From the NCBI GenBank assembly GCA_002269645.1, contig NIVC01003841.1:10341-74340 (forward strand): a stretch of 64,000 bases of DNA. The letters run 5' to 3'. The notes under the pieces are model-generated. The model was not told where the DNA came from, did not search any database, and worked only from the letters and a program-made list of their open reading frames with translations. Below, piece by piece: positions 34,861 to 46,845 of this stretch. Source of the DNA: Macrostomum lignano (lineage: Eukaryota). Position 1 is the stretch's first letter. Each line of letters starts with the position of its first letter. The translations under genes were made by a program, and so were the position numbers.

Positions 34861-35935
34861 GCCTACGCATGTGTCCGTCGTCACTTGCTATCCTTTCCGA
34901 GTATTTTTGCTCGTAATTGACAGCAGACAGCAGGTTTAGCAATACTACTAGCTAATATAAAACCGCTGGTAGTGTTTCGAAATTGGTAAAGAAGAAATGA
35001 CCTCCTTAAGCCATTTATCTTCAATAGATTTTGGTTCTTCATAAATCCAAGAGATCTTGTCGTCCCCTCTACACACACAGTTGTCTCGCACACACTGGTT
35101 TGTGACCTCTCTGAAGAAATAAGAAATTAGAAGTATTATTATATTAGTAACGCACTAGTACAAATTGTCGCGTCGTTTAATTAAGAGTTCAACTGAGCAA
35201 CACGATGATTTGGTATTGTAAATAAACGATGTCTCAGTCTCGATATATTAATCATAAACGATGCTAACACAAACGAAGCTCAATATATAATTATTAACGC
35301 ATTGGGGTGGCGGGGCGCACGGGGTACGAAATCGGGGTGGTGGGTACACTGGATGTACAGTCAATATTTCAATAGTCAATCAGCTAGTCACTTAGTCATA
35401 AGTACAGCGGTAGAATCCAGCGCTGCCTCACAAATTCTACTCGTAGATTCAATTTATCTATAAACCTAACAAATAATGCCCAGGTAACCAACACCGCGAG
35501 CTGCTCAGCCGGATGTTCCTGGCCGCTCTGACTTTGCCGGAGCACCGCGGCCCCGCTGTAGCAGCCGGCGCCGTCAAGTCGCTGCTCTCCCTGGACAATG
35601 GTCGCAACACGAACGGTGGCCAGGTGCTGGCAGCCTCAGTCCGGAGACCGCCTTTCCCGGCCAGCGGGCCGCCGAGCTGGTCCGGCCTCTGAATCAGCTG
35701 CTGCACGCCGAGGCCAATTCTCTCCAGGTAAATTAATATTTTGGCGTATCTTGAATTGCAATATGGATAGCTAGTGTGGACTATAATTTTTATAATAGCT
35801 CTTCGGATATTCTCGGATAAAACGGATATTGTAACAAATGCGATTCATATTTCAACCAGTTTGCCTTCATCCCTACACTCCACTCACAATTTATCATCTT
35901 ACAAAGAAGCCAAAGCGCTTGCCAACCCTACAAGA

Positions 35936-36250
35936 AGGTTTGTAGCCTAATGGTTAGAGAATCGGACTCACAACTCGAAAGTCGAAAGTTCGATTCCCTA
36001 CTCCACTAGTACAATCTGTGTCCTTCAGCACGACACCTAACTCTGCATTGCTTCAGTTCACCCAGCTGTAAAATGGGTGCCAGCATTACCTGGGGTAACT
36101 GAGGGTGGGTGGTCACATACCAGGTGAGTTAATTGAGGTGGGTGTGGCGTTTCCCCAGTCCATGGACTGAACAGCCGTACGCAGTCAATAGCTGTGGCTG
36201 TACTGTCGGCTGCACATCTGTACCGATTAGGGCAGGTGTAATCAATTATT
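35936..36250 (+). mobile_element. tRNA-derived SINE with CORE-like domain, copy 2
   Basis: TAGCCTAATGGTTAGAG A box and GTTCGATTCC B box, with the same core and 3' body as copy 1 (CAGTCCATGGACTGAACAGCCGTACGCAGTC ... CAGGTGTAATCAATTA). Confidence 0.8.
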
Positions 36251-37409
36251 TTTTTTACAAAAAGAAAATCGCTTGTCTCAAATTCGGCCGAGCCCTACAG
36301 AGAAAAGCATACTCCGACATGTTGATTTCACCCGTGTCACCCAACTATCAGGTGTACGAAGCCCTGCTAGCCCTCACCAACCTGGCCAGCGCCAGCGCCA
36401 GCGACAGTCTCCGCAGCCGCCTGCTATCCGAGATCGGCCTGGCCCGCATTCGGCACTACATGTACGACGAGCACAGACAACAGGGCTGCCGCCACCGACT
36501 TCTTCTGCAATCTCTGCCTGTTGGATAAAGTTGGCGACTTGATGGCCGCCGCCGCAGCCGCCGGCACCTCAGAAGATGTCATCAGATGCCCAGAGATGAC
36601 GAGCCAACTGCAGAGAAGGATAAACTGACGCCGATCACCGAGGGCAGCCAGGACGATGGCGACGGCGATGGCAAACTGGAGCCTCTGGCCAAGCCCGAAA
36701 AGACTGACGAAGCCGAAGCCGCTGCCGCAGCTCTGCCAGCCGAGACGCCTGAAACTTCGGCTGATCGGGAGCGCCTCCTGCTAGCCGCTTCCGGCGCCCT
36801 GGCTCACCTCACCACCCGTGTGCAGATTGTCGGCCGGATGCTGTCCTACCCGGTGGTTGCTTTGTGCCCGGAAGGTACATATTATTCCTTTGTTTAATCA
36901 GGCCTTCTCTCAATCAAGAGAGTTTTCTAATATATCTAGTCAAATTGATATCCCGTGGGCTGTGCCTCTCCACACCTGCATGTACAAATGTACTCACTAT
37001 CAAACACTTGCCTGCGCTTCCAACCATAAAAACTTGTGTGCCTTTCTGAAGTCCAACCATTTATTTACCCCTATTTATTTAATCTTACCCTGTGTGCGCT
37101 TTCCAGCCAAGATATTTGCCTGCACGTGTAACCACCGTTTTAATTCAAATTCTGTTTCATGTTTTGTGCTACTAAAAAAACGAAATAAAGATACTGCCTG
37201 CGTACCCACTCCCACTGTGCGGCTTTTATCATCAAAATTTTATCACAGCTTGCTATTATTTGTAGCGTCACTCCGCATTTAAACGATTTCGACACAAAAA
37301 TAAATTTGCTTGTTTTGTTAGGCAGTTGTTTTTTACGCTAACCGTTTTTTACTCAGAAACAAAATTACTGCAACTTGTATAGTCTATTGATTTGTTTCTT
37401 TCACAAACA

Positions 37410-38695
37410 AACTAGTACTAGTATAGCTTTTGTCAATCCAAATGATAATTTGGACATTCAAAACGATAATGGCTATAGATGTAACTATGCTCTGAGTAAA
37501 CCTCGCCGCTAGAGAACATAGACGTTTGGACAACCAAAGCGAGAAAGGGGCATTCAAAACGAGAATGAATTCAGACAGAAGAAAATTCAACCTTTCGATC
37601 ATAGACTAGAGACTAGAGGTTTTCTCTCGCTTCTTTCTTTTGTGACAGTGTAATTCGTAGAATCATCTGATCGTATTTCCTTATCTCGCATTGCATGGAT
37701 ACCGTACTACTTGTATTTTTAATTTATTTTAACAATATTCTATACGCATTATTATTGCGCTAATGTTACAGTTAATTGCTTTGTTTTTGTAGCCTCGTAT
37801 GTATCTATTCTATTATTTGTATTTCATTCATATCGTTATTATTTCTCGTAAAGTAGTTCTACCTATGTACATGTACTGGCGTATGATATTCTTACACGAT
37901 ATAATTTATCGATTATTTTGTACATGTACATTGCGCGCCGAGTGGGGGGTTTGTCTGGGTTTTGGATTAGGGGTGTTGTTGTTTGTTATCTGTTTACCTA
38001 CCAATTAAATATACGCTTGCAGTCAGCCGCCGCTCTCCCCTTCTCTCCTGGGTTTTCGCTCCGCTTCTCGCGGGCCCCTTAGCCGTCCGTCGCAAGCAGC
38101 TACCAATCCAAACCTAACCTTCAATTCAACGTACCAAATCTCAAATCTGCAATTCACGCTAAGGGAAGTCGGCTACTGGCTCTAGATTATTAAATTTAAC
38201 CGCTACACAAACCGTACGTCTTCCCGCCTTTATTCGTCACACTTAGCTATTTCTTTTTGCTGTTTTTCAAATGCCGCCACTCATATCCACAGTCGACAGG
38301 CAACGCTTGGTGTCTGCTATAAGAGCAAGGGGCAACAATACGAGTAAAAGCCGCAGCAGCCATCATGCAATTGGCGATTGCAACTGCGTATAGGATTATG
38401 CGAGCATACCTCAGGCGCCACCTCAGGCGCTACCAAGAGGTGGCAAAAAGGAGAGAAAATGCAGAGTGGGCGAAAATATGAAATTTTGGTTGTCTATTAG
38501 CCGAAAGGTTGAATTTTCTTCTGTCTGAATTCATTCTCGTTTTGAATGCCCCTTTCTCGTTTTGGTTGTCCAAACGTCTATGTTCTCTAGCAGCGAGGTT
38601 TACTCAGAGCATAGTTACATCTATAGCCATTATCGTTTTTAATGTCCAAATATCATTTAGATTGACAAAAGCTAAACTATAGTATACTGATGCCA
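37410..38695. mobile_element. About 190 bp inverted-repeat pair (37410-37605 / 38495-38695), possible non-autonomous DNA transposon
   Basis: AGCTTTTGTCAATC...CAACCTTTCG is the near-exact reverse complement of CGAAAGGTTG...GATTGACAAAAGCT. Confidence 0.6.
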
Positions 38696-40694
38696 CCTGC
38701 CCACCACCATCCCCTAATGAAAACGGAACAATGAGAGAAATGTTAAAAAAACGAAGTTCCCTTCTTTTTGGAAGAAGAAAAAATTATATCCGTCTATCTC
38801 AACGCATCCGATATTAAAATATGCTTATCTCTAGGGGCTCAGAAAAAAATAAAACAATGATGATAGTTGTTGGAACTATTAATAGCTTTAAACTATTACG
38901 AGTAGATAACGAAAAATTGTTTGTTTTAATATTTTTTATTTTAATATTTTAATTTGATGTTGTAGTTAGCCTAGGCGTATTGAAACGGGGAGAAACGAAC
39001 GGCATCCCTTCCGCTGCAATTATCTATGGCCGACTTCAATGAGTAAAAAAACTCGTATGCATATAAGTATCTAGTTAATGTTTCTACAACTTGTATATTT
39101 TTAAAGTAAAGCTTAGTGCTGCTTAGTAATTCTTAGTATCAGTAACTATTTTTTCAATTCGCAAAATAAGGAGTTTTGGCCATAGACAATTTTTGGATTT
39201 TATTATTTCTTTCTTTGTCTTCTGCGCTGGTGTGCTAATGTGGGGGCTCCGCCCCCACAACCCCGCAAGGGGGCTCAGCGCCCCCTCGACCCCGCTTTCT
39301 TCTGACTTTGCCATAGACATTTTCAGCGGGCCGTGAAACCGACTGAATGATATATTCCTGCACGGTCACGAGTGCGGGAATGACATCTGCACGAGTGCGC
39401 GCTAGCGCACGAGTGCACGATGTCCTTCACGCACGAGTGAACGTGAAGGAATTCCATTGTCGGATGATTCATCGTGCAGGAATGCACAAAACCGTGCAGG
39501 AATGCATTTCTGCGCCTAATGCTTTTTCAGTGAGATTTTACCATAGACATCCATTCCTGCACGCAAAAGAGTGCAAGAATGCCATTCTTGCATGGAAAAT
39601 CAGCCGACAATGCATAGGAGTAAATGGGATTTTACCATGGACAGTCTCAGCGGCCCGTGAAACGGGCGGTTTCACGCCCGCTAACTACGAGTATAACACT
39701 AATATGGATGGGCCGCATCGGGCAGAAACGAGCTAACACTCCTCAGCGCTACGCGCCTCGGCGTTATAGCTCATTTCTGCCCTCTGCAGCCCATCAAAAT
39801 TGGTATAATAGTCTCGAGGCTCGCTTAAACCATTCAGGATTAAACATCCGTGATCTAATACTTGAAGGAAATTAATTATGATGGTTTATGATTAATTATG
39901 AAATTAATAATGATAAGTTAATTAGCAGATTAGTGCGGTGGACTTAGTGCGGCTGTGCTGGGTGAGGAATTGAGAAAATACAAACACGTATTTGTAGACA
40001 AGAATTTTAGATGAACAACGGGGCGGGCCAGATGCGCAGAGTCTATGAATTGAAGTTAAGATAGAAGACAAACACAGGGAATGCATAAATTAACTTACTG
40101 GAGAACATGCAAGAGAGGAAGTAAAGGATTCTAGAGGAAACAGTTCCGACACAAACTACGCTCGTATATGATTGAAATTTTTGTTGTGTTGCATTTTTTT
40201 ACATGTTAAATACCAAATGGAGGGTAAAGCGCTCTAGAAGGTGTACAATTAGAAATTTATAAATAACGATTATTAGAGATTTAGCATAGGTAAACATAAG
40301 GGTTATTAGGGCTAATGGTAAACGCACAACACAATATATACGAGTTTAAATATGGTCGTGTCAAGAGTTAGATTTAGACTTTAGATCGATTTCCAACAAG
40401 CCATCTTTTAAAGTTTGAATGAATTTTCGAAAATTTATAAATATCTATTAGGAGAGTTTTTTAATTTGCTGTTTCTCAAGCTTAGTCACCTCACCTGGCT
40501 TCTATGATGTGAAAGGTAAACATAAAAAATACACTTTGGCTGCACATCCACTGGCAAGACCGTGAATCGACGAGCGGCCGTCGATTCACTCTTCGTTCGC
40601 TTGTACGACGCCTTCTCTGTAAAGATTAAAGGGCAATGCTGCTTATTAGAAATGCTTTGAAGTTCAAATGCACTCCTTACTCAAATGGTGTGAC

Positions 40695-42088
40695 TCACGC
40701 TGCCTTGAAAACCTCGGTTCTGACTAAATAGAACTTCTTAGTCGTCTCAACGACCCAGGAGGAAATCTGCTTCGGGCTGATGGCTGCCGATAGCTGTTTC
40801 GAAGACGCCTGAGACTGGGTCATGGCGAAGTTGATCTTGTTGATCATGGACAGCACATCGTGATCAGCTGCCAGCTCGTAGGCCACAGTGCAGAACGCGC
40901 TGATAAACATGGAACCGCTGTCCGAAGCATTTGTTTCCAGGCGTGGTGGCGTGTCCAATGATTAGCCCGGCGCAGTCGGGAGAGTTTTCGATCAGTGACA
41001 CCCTCTTTGAATCGTAATAGGCTGCACCGTATCGCCAGGCAGTGTTTCGCGTGCTTCGGCCCAGCGGAGCCGGGCTGCTGTATTCGAGACTCGCAGCTGA
41101 CTCCTCGTCAGCTGCGAGGTGTTGACGAGGATCAGTTTGGGCCGGCCAGCCAGCGACTTTGAGTTGACGATCGGCTGCGTTAGCACCTCCAGTGGGATTC
41201 GCTCCCCGTCGTTGCCATAAACAAAGTCGTTGCTTCCGTGTGAAAGGATCACAAGGATAGCAAAGTCCCCATGTGCAGGCTTTGACTCGCTTTTCTTGTC
41301 TGCATTTTCCTCAGCTCTGTCACCTGCGAAACTATTTATGCTGTCCAACATTTCCTTGCATGTCTTGTCTGTCTCAACTGTAATGTTTTCCGGCGGGTAA
41401 TACAGCTTTGTCAGAGGGTCCAGCAGGTTTTGCATGTCGAGTCTCGTGCTTCTCCTGAAGTCATTGTTGCTCTTGAATTTCTCGTTTGATATTATCAGAA
41501 CCCGTCCGTTGCAGCTGTTGGAATGACTTTCGTCCGCGTCTTGCTGAATTATTGGCTTTGCGAATGGACTGAACTCTTCCCAGCTGCACTTCTCCACAAC
41601 TTTTTTTCTAAGAAGGCTGGTCTCGAAGCTGCGAGCTTCAATTCTGAGCTTCACACCTTCTTGCAGAACTTCTTGCAGAAGTTCGGGTGTCTGCATGCAC
41701 TTAGCTCCTCAGCAAAGTTCAAGGCGCTGATGCAGGGTCTTCCTCCCCGATAGTCCTTGTCGTCTTTATTGTCATAAAGTTCCTTAATCTGTTTTAGAAA
41801 TGACTCCAGATTTCCTTCATCGGCCGCCAGATACAACAGGAAAAAGTTCTTGGTGTCAAACTTCTCCTGCTGACGCAGTTCTTCGATTTCTTTCTTTGTA
41901 GCTTCAGTCGGCGCTTCGTTGTACGGAATCTCCCGACAGAAAATCAGCAGCTTAGGAGACTCGTCCGACAGATGTAATTTTTTCATAATATTATTAACCA
42001 TTTGGAAGCCAAAGGCCTGCACTGCAGGCCATACCGAAACGGCCCAGAAACCCAGAGATTGAAAAATGTCTATGGCATCAAAAACCAT
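40695..42088 (-). pseudogene. Intronless caspase-family locus (long prodomain + p20 + p10) with three apparent frameshifts
   Basis: p20: GRVLIISNEKF..RRSTRLDMQNL..DKTCKEM..HGDFAILVILSHG..VYGNDG..SLAGRPKLILV. p10 lies in two further frames: GLIIGHATTPGNKCF, then GSMFISAFCTV..DVLSMINKINFAM..ETTKKFYL. Frame changes occur near 41700, 41117 and 40925. Confidence 0.85.
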
Positions 42089-42129
42089 CTCCCAATCACT
42101 AAAGCAAGTGCCCAGTATGGCCTGCTGAT

Positions 42130-42400
42130 GTTTGACATGGTGGCTCTTAAATTTTTGACATGGTGGCTCCTAAGTGTTTGACATGGTGGCTCTTTAATGT
42201 TTAAAATGGTGGCTCTTTAATGTTCGAAATGGTGGCTCTTTTATGTTCGAAATGGTGGCTCTTTAATGTTCGACATGGTGGCTCTTTAATGTTCGACGTG
42301 GTGGCTCTTTAATGTTTGACAAAGAGTCACGTATATGTTTTACATGGTGCCCATGTAATGTTTGACATGGTGCCTCTTTTATGTTTGACATTGTGCTTTT
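42130..42400. repeat. 23 bp minisatellite ATGGTGGCTCTTTAATGTTTGAC upstream of the caspase-like ORF
   Basis: About 11 diverging units. Confidence 0.88.
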
Positions 42401-42539
42401 TTATGTTTAGCAGTTTCGTGTATTTAAGGTGTTTTAATAAAAAAATTATTTTTCACTACTAAGATTCGAACCCAGGTCGCTACGTTGGCAGTCCAGTCTG
42501 TTCGTATATAGGCTATCTTTTTTCAATTGGAGAACATGA

Positions 42540-43930
42540 ATTGTGGCCCTTATAATTCAATTCTTACAGCAAGTCAATTAGAGTAAAAAGTTATGACATA
42601 ATCAATTTATCAGTCAGCCAGTACCAGTCTCAGTTCAAGTTAGCAATATTGGTTACGCAATTTAAATCAAGTCGTGTGTGCATTTCTTCGACACTGTTTT
42701 CAACTTGTTGTGATGCAATCTTTATCAGAATTGAAATTCAGTCAGTCAGGTTTTTCTCTAGCATTCTTACAATGCATTTCAAGTCGAAAATTTTGCTTAA
42801 CCTTTGCAAAAAAGCATGTTTTTCGAATATTTAATCCCTTTAAAATTGAGCAATTTCTTAGCCAAGATGCATGTACCGTCCCAGGAAAATTTCTGATCAA
42901 ATGGTGCAAGTTTGAAGAAAATCGGTTGAGCCAATCTATCGCATACCTACCTACCTACCTACCCACATACAGACAACTCATTTTTAGTATATAGGAAGCA
43001 AGATTTTCATTTTTAGTATATAGGACTAGCAGGGGTAGGCTGTCTGCCAGCATCCAGAATTTTTATTATACCCCCCGGGTAGGCTTGCGCAAGTTAAATA
43101 GAGTAATTATCTCGGCAGTGGGGCGGGGTGAGTTTTCTTATCAGTTGGCTCTGGCGCAATCATTAAAATTGGCAGTGAAGTTTCTCGCTGATAGAATTTT
43201 GCATTGAAAAAGCCCATTTAAAACAGTTTTTCGAATATTTAATCCCCTTAGCATTGAGCTAGAGCTTAATAAAATTACATGTACCGTCCCGGGCACATTT
43301 GACATGTTTTGGCGAAGAAACGGAGAAAATCGGTTGAGCCGTTCGGGAGATAATCGATTGCATACAAGCAAGCAAGCAAGATTTTCATTTTTAGTATATT
43401 ATGAAGAATTGCAGTCTCTAGAGCGTTATGGACATTCATACAAACAAACAAACCTTAGAGATTTAGTATATTTAGATTGCTCGCTCTAGAGCGTTATGGA
43501 CACTCAAGCATACAAACAAATATTAGAGATTTAGTATATTTAGATAGCTAATTAGAGCTGGCTGCCAGCAGCCAGAATAATTTTTTTATTGCCCCCCTTT
43601 AAGTGGAGCGGAGTGAGTTTTCTTATCAGTTGGCTCTGGCGCAATCAATTAAAATTGACTGTGAAGTTTCTCGCTGATAAAATTTGCATTGAAAAAGGCC
43701 ATTTAAAACGGTTTTTCGAATACTTAATCCCTTTAGCATTGAAGCAGATACAAGAAATTTTAACCGTCTTCTTTCCAGACAATTATAAATCTTTTGGCGA
43801 AAACGCGATCAAAATCGGTGAAGAATTGCTCGCTCTAGAGCGTTATGGACACTCAAGCATACAAACAAATATTAGAGATTTAGTATATTTAGACTAGCCA
43901 TTTAGCCCCCCGCTGGGGAGCCCTAAAATG
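42540..43930 (-). mobile_element. Head-to-tail chain of small non-autonomous Helitrons
   Basis: Minus-strand 5' ends TCCTATATACTAAA / TCTAAATATACTAAATCTC followed by TTTG/GCTT microsatellites. 3' ends are a GC hairpin plus CTAG: CTAG at 43026; CTGGCTGC-TG-GCAGCCAG at the 43545 unit, where CTAG lacks one base; GCTCCCC-AGC-GGGGGGC then CTAG at 43894. One full unit spans 43545-43893. Confidence 0.8.
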
Positions 43931-44399
43931 ACACCAATTGGTTTTTATTTTGACACAAGAGTAACCTTACTATAATTATCCAAAATGTTGATTTCCATTA
44001 ATCAAAAATTACCTTTTCTCATTGTGGCAAAAATAAATTGCCATGAATCAGAACTTTTATCAGCCAAAAAATTTTCCTTCATCAGCCCAAAACCCTTTCT
44101 CAATCAGCAAATAGTGCTGATCCTTTCAAGCACAAACTCTTAGTGCATATCGTCGCTGGCCGGGGCATATTCTTATCCGCAGCAAATATGCAAATCATTG
44201 ACGGCCTTAGACCCTCTCTTTTAATTAGCCTAAATCAAAGAATGAAACCTTTAATAAATGCGCTGGTATTTCCTATTAGCAGAAATCAGCATCACTTGTG
44301 TGTACTATTTCAATATCTGAACTACATGAGCTACTTCAGCCGTACTACCTGACTATCTGAGAATCGCCCAACAACCTAACACCCCCAATAATTCAGCCA

Positions 44400-46520
44400 T
44401 CGTCCATGAGCCTTGTCATCTTAGCAATTCCCCTCAGTAAGCCTTGTCATCTTAGCAATTCCCCCAGTAAGCCTTGAAATCTCAGCAATTCCCCAAGTAA
44501 GCCTTGACAAGAATTGCTAAGAATTTCTAAGAATACTTAGCTAACAATTGCTAATACTTGCTAAGAATTGCTGAGAAGCCTCGAGATCTCAGCAATTCCC
44601 CCAGTAAGCATTGACATCTCAGCGATTCTCCCAGTAAGCCTTGAAATCTTAGCAATTCCCCCAGAAAGAATTCACATCTTTGCAATTGCCGCAGTAAGCC
44701 TTGAAATCGCTGCAATTCCCCCAGTAAGCCCTAACATCTCAGCAATTCCCCCAATAAGCCTTGACATCTGAGGAATTCCCCCAGTAAGCCTTGAAATCTA
44801 AGCATTTCCCTAGTAAGCCTTGAAATCTCAGCATTCCCCCAGAAAGCCTTCACATTTTAGCAATTCCCAGTAAGACTTGACATCTTAGCAATTCCCAGTA
44901 AGACTTGACATCTCAGCAGTTCCCCCATTAAGCATCGAAATCGCAGCAATTAAACTCGAGCCTTGACATCTACGCAGTTCTCTCAGCTGAGTAAGCCTTG
45001 ACATCCCAACAACCCAACTCCCCTCCCCCAAGAATTCAGCAATCCCCTTATGAGCCTTGATATCTCTGCAATTTCTTCATAAGCCTTGTCAACTCAGCGA
45101 TTCCATTCATGAGCTTTGATATCTTAGCAACTCCCATCTTAGCAAGTCTTTAGTTGATGGTTAACAGAGTGGTTATTCTATGATTGAACCAAAACTGACC
45201 CTAAGCCCCTAACCCTAACCCATAAGTGAGTCTTGGCATGTTAGCAATCTCCCCCGTGAGCCTTGAGCCTGAGCATTTAAGTAACTTCCTCATAAGCTTT
45301 GAAATCTAAATTTCACCGAAAGCCTTGAACTGTCAGCAATTCCCTAAGAGCCAAAGCATATAACTAATTCGCCCCTTTAATCTTTGAAATTCCTTGATGA
45401 ATCATTTATGATTGACACGACGATCGCTCTATAATTAAACTCAAATCCTAACCCTTAACCTGCAGCCGAGTCACAGCATTTCAGCAACTCCCCCTCTCAG
45501 CCCAAGAATTTCAGCAATTCCCCAATGAGCTTTTGAAATCTTAGCAATTTTCCCATGAGCATGAAACTTTAGCGACTAACCTTTTGATATCTTGGCACTT
45601 TCACATGAGTCTTATGTTTGAAAACTAACCCTGCCAAGTCACAGCATTTCAGCAATTCCCACCGTAAACCACAGCATTTCAACAAATACCCAATGAACCT
45701 TGACATTTCGTGAATTTCAGCTATTCGCTTTAGGAGCCTTTGAAATCTCAGTCATTCCCCCGTGAACCTTAGCATCTCAGCAATACCCAAGAGTCACAGC
45801 CTACAGCATTACAGGGATCCCCCGTGAGCTTTGAAATCTCAGCTATTCCCCAATGAGCCTTGATATCTCAGCAACTCCTATTTGAGCCACAAAATTTCGG
45901 CATTATGAGCAGGTACTGCAATCACAACAATCCCCCTGAGCATTGAGCCACTTTATAATTCGGATATCCCCCCACGAGCCTTTACAACTTAGCAATTCCC
46001 CAATGAGTATTTAATGTTAGACAGGCCTATTCATTTATATGGTTTACGTCTTACTCCTGCCCTAACAATGTCGGCAATTCCCTCAAGAGCCACAGCATTC
46101 CAGAAATTATTTCCATGAGCCTTGACAGCAAATAATTTTAATGAGCCTTGATACCTCAGAAATTTCTCAAATGGAATTTGAAATCAAAGCAATTCTGCCC
46201 AGAATCACATCAGTATAGGAATTTCCCTCTGAGACTTGACAAGACATCTCAGAATTTCTCTCATGGGCCTTGATCTGGCCCATGGCCCAGTAAGCCTTGA
46301 AATCTCAATAATTCCCCAGTAAGCCTTGACATCTCAGAAATTCCCTCATTAAGATCGAAATCGCAGCAATTGAACTTAGCTTTGAAATCAAAGCAATTCT
46401 CCCCAGAATCACATCATTATAGCAATTACCGCTGAGCCTTGAGATCTTAGAAATTCTCCCATGAGTCTTGATATCACAGAAATTTTCCATACCAGCCTTG
46501 ACATCTTAGCAATTCACATT
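44400..46520. repeat. Old, diverged about 31 bp tandem array (GAGCCTTGACATCTCAGCAATTCCCCCAGTAA) with a short CCCTAA tract near 45200
   Basis: Recurring GCCTTG..ATCT.AGCAATT.CCC at about 31 bp spacing. Confidence 0.85.
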
Positions 46521-46639
46521 GAGTATTTTATTCTCGACAGACCGCTTCTTTTATGGTTGACATGATGATTCTTTTGTCGCTTTTTCTTGTGTTGAGTTTT
46601 CTTCTGTTTAAAGTAGCATTTATTAAAAACTTACAGTGG

Positions 46640-46845
46640 TTTACCATCACTTTAGCAATGGTTTACCATCACTTTAGCGATGGTTCACCAGCAGTTTAGC
46701 AATGGTTCACCAGCAGTTTAGCAATGGTTTACCATCACTTTAGCGATGGTTCACCAGCAGTTTAGCAATGGTTTACCATCACTTTAGCAATGGTTCACCA
46801 GCAGTTTAGCAATGGTTCACCAGCAGTTTAGCAATGGTTCACCGG
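46640..46845. repeat. 22 bp minisatellite TTAGCAATGGTTCACCAGCAGT
   Basis: About 9 units. Confidence 0.9.

Larger units (their letters stand above)
34000..36874 (+). pseudogene. unc-45: UNC-45 myosin chaperone, UCS-domain exons; truncated and frameshifted as assembled
   Basis: Exons 34000-34282 (VKEDL..LQALSDLA..LVNLTNSYD..PELVELAKFAKHHVPEEHPKD), 35484-35727 (RELLSRMFLA..RG..AFPGQRAAELVRPL..LLH..LQ) and 36352-36874 (YEALLALTNLA..HYMYDEH..RAAATDFFCNLC..LAASGALAHLT) match UNC-45 UCS motifs. Frameshifts lie near 34033, 35636, 36480 and 36585. A possible further degraded exon lies at about 31440-31590. No TPR exons were seen. Confidence 0.85.

Noticed and set aside
42130-42300. GCCACCATG Kozak-like motif repeated upstream of the caspase-like ORF (minus strand)
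   Set aside because: Part of a 23 bp minisatellite. The nearest ATG is out of frame with the caspase ORF and ends after 22 codons.
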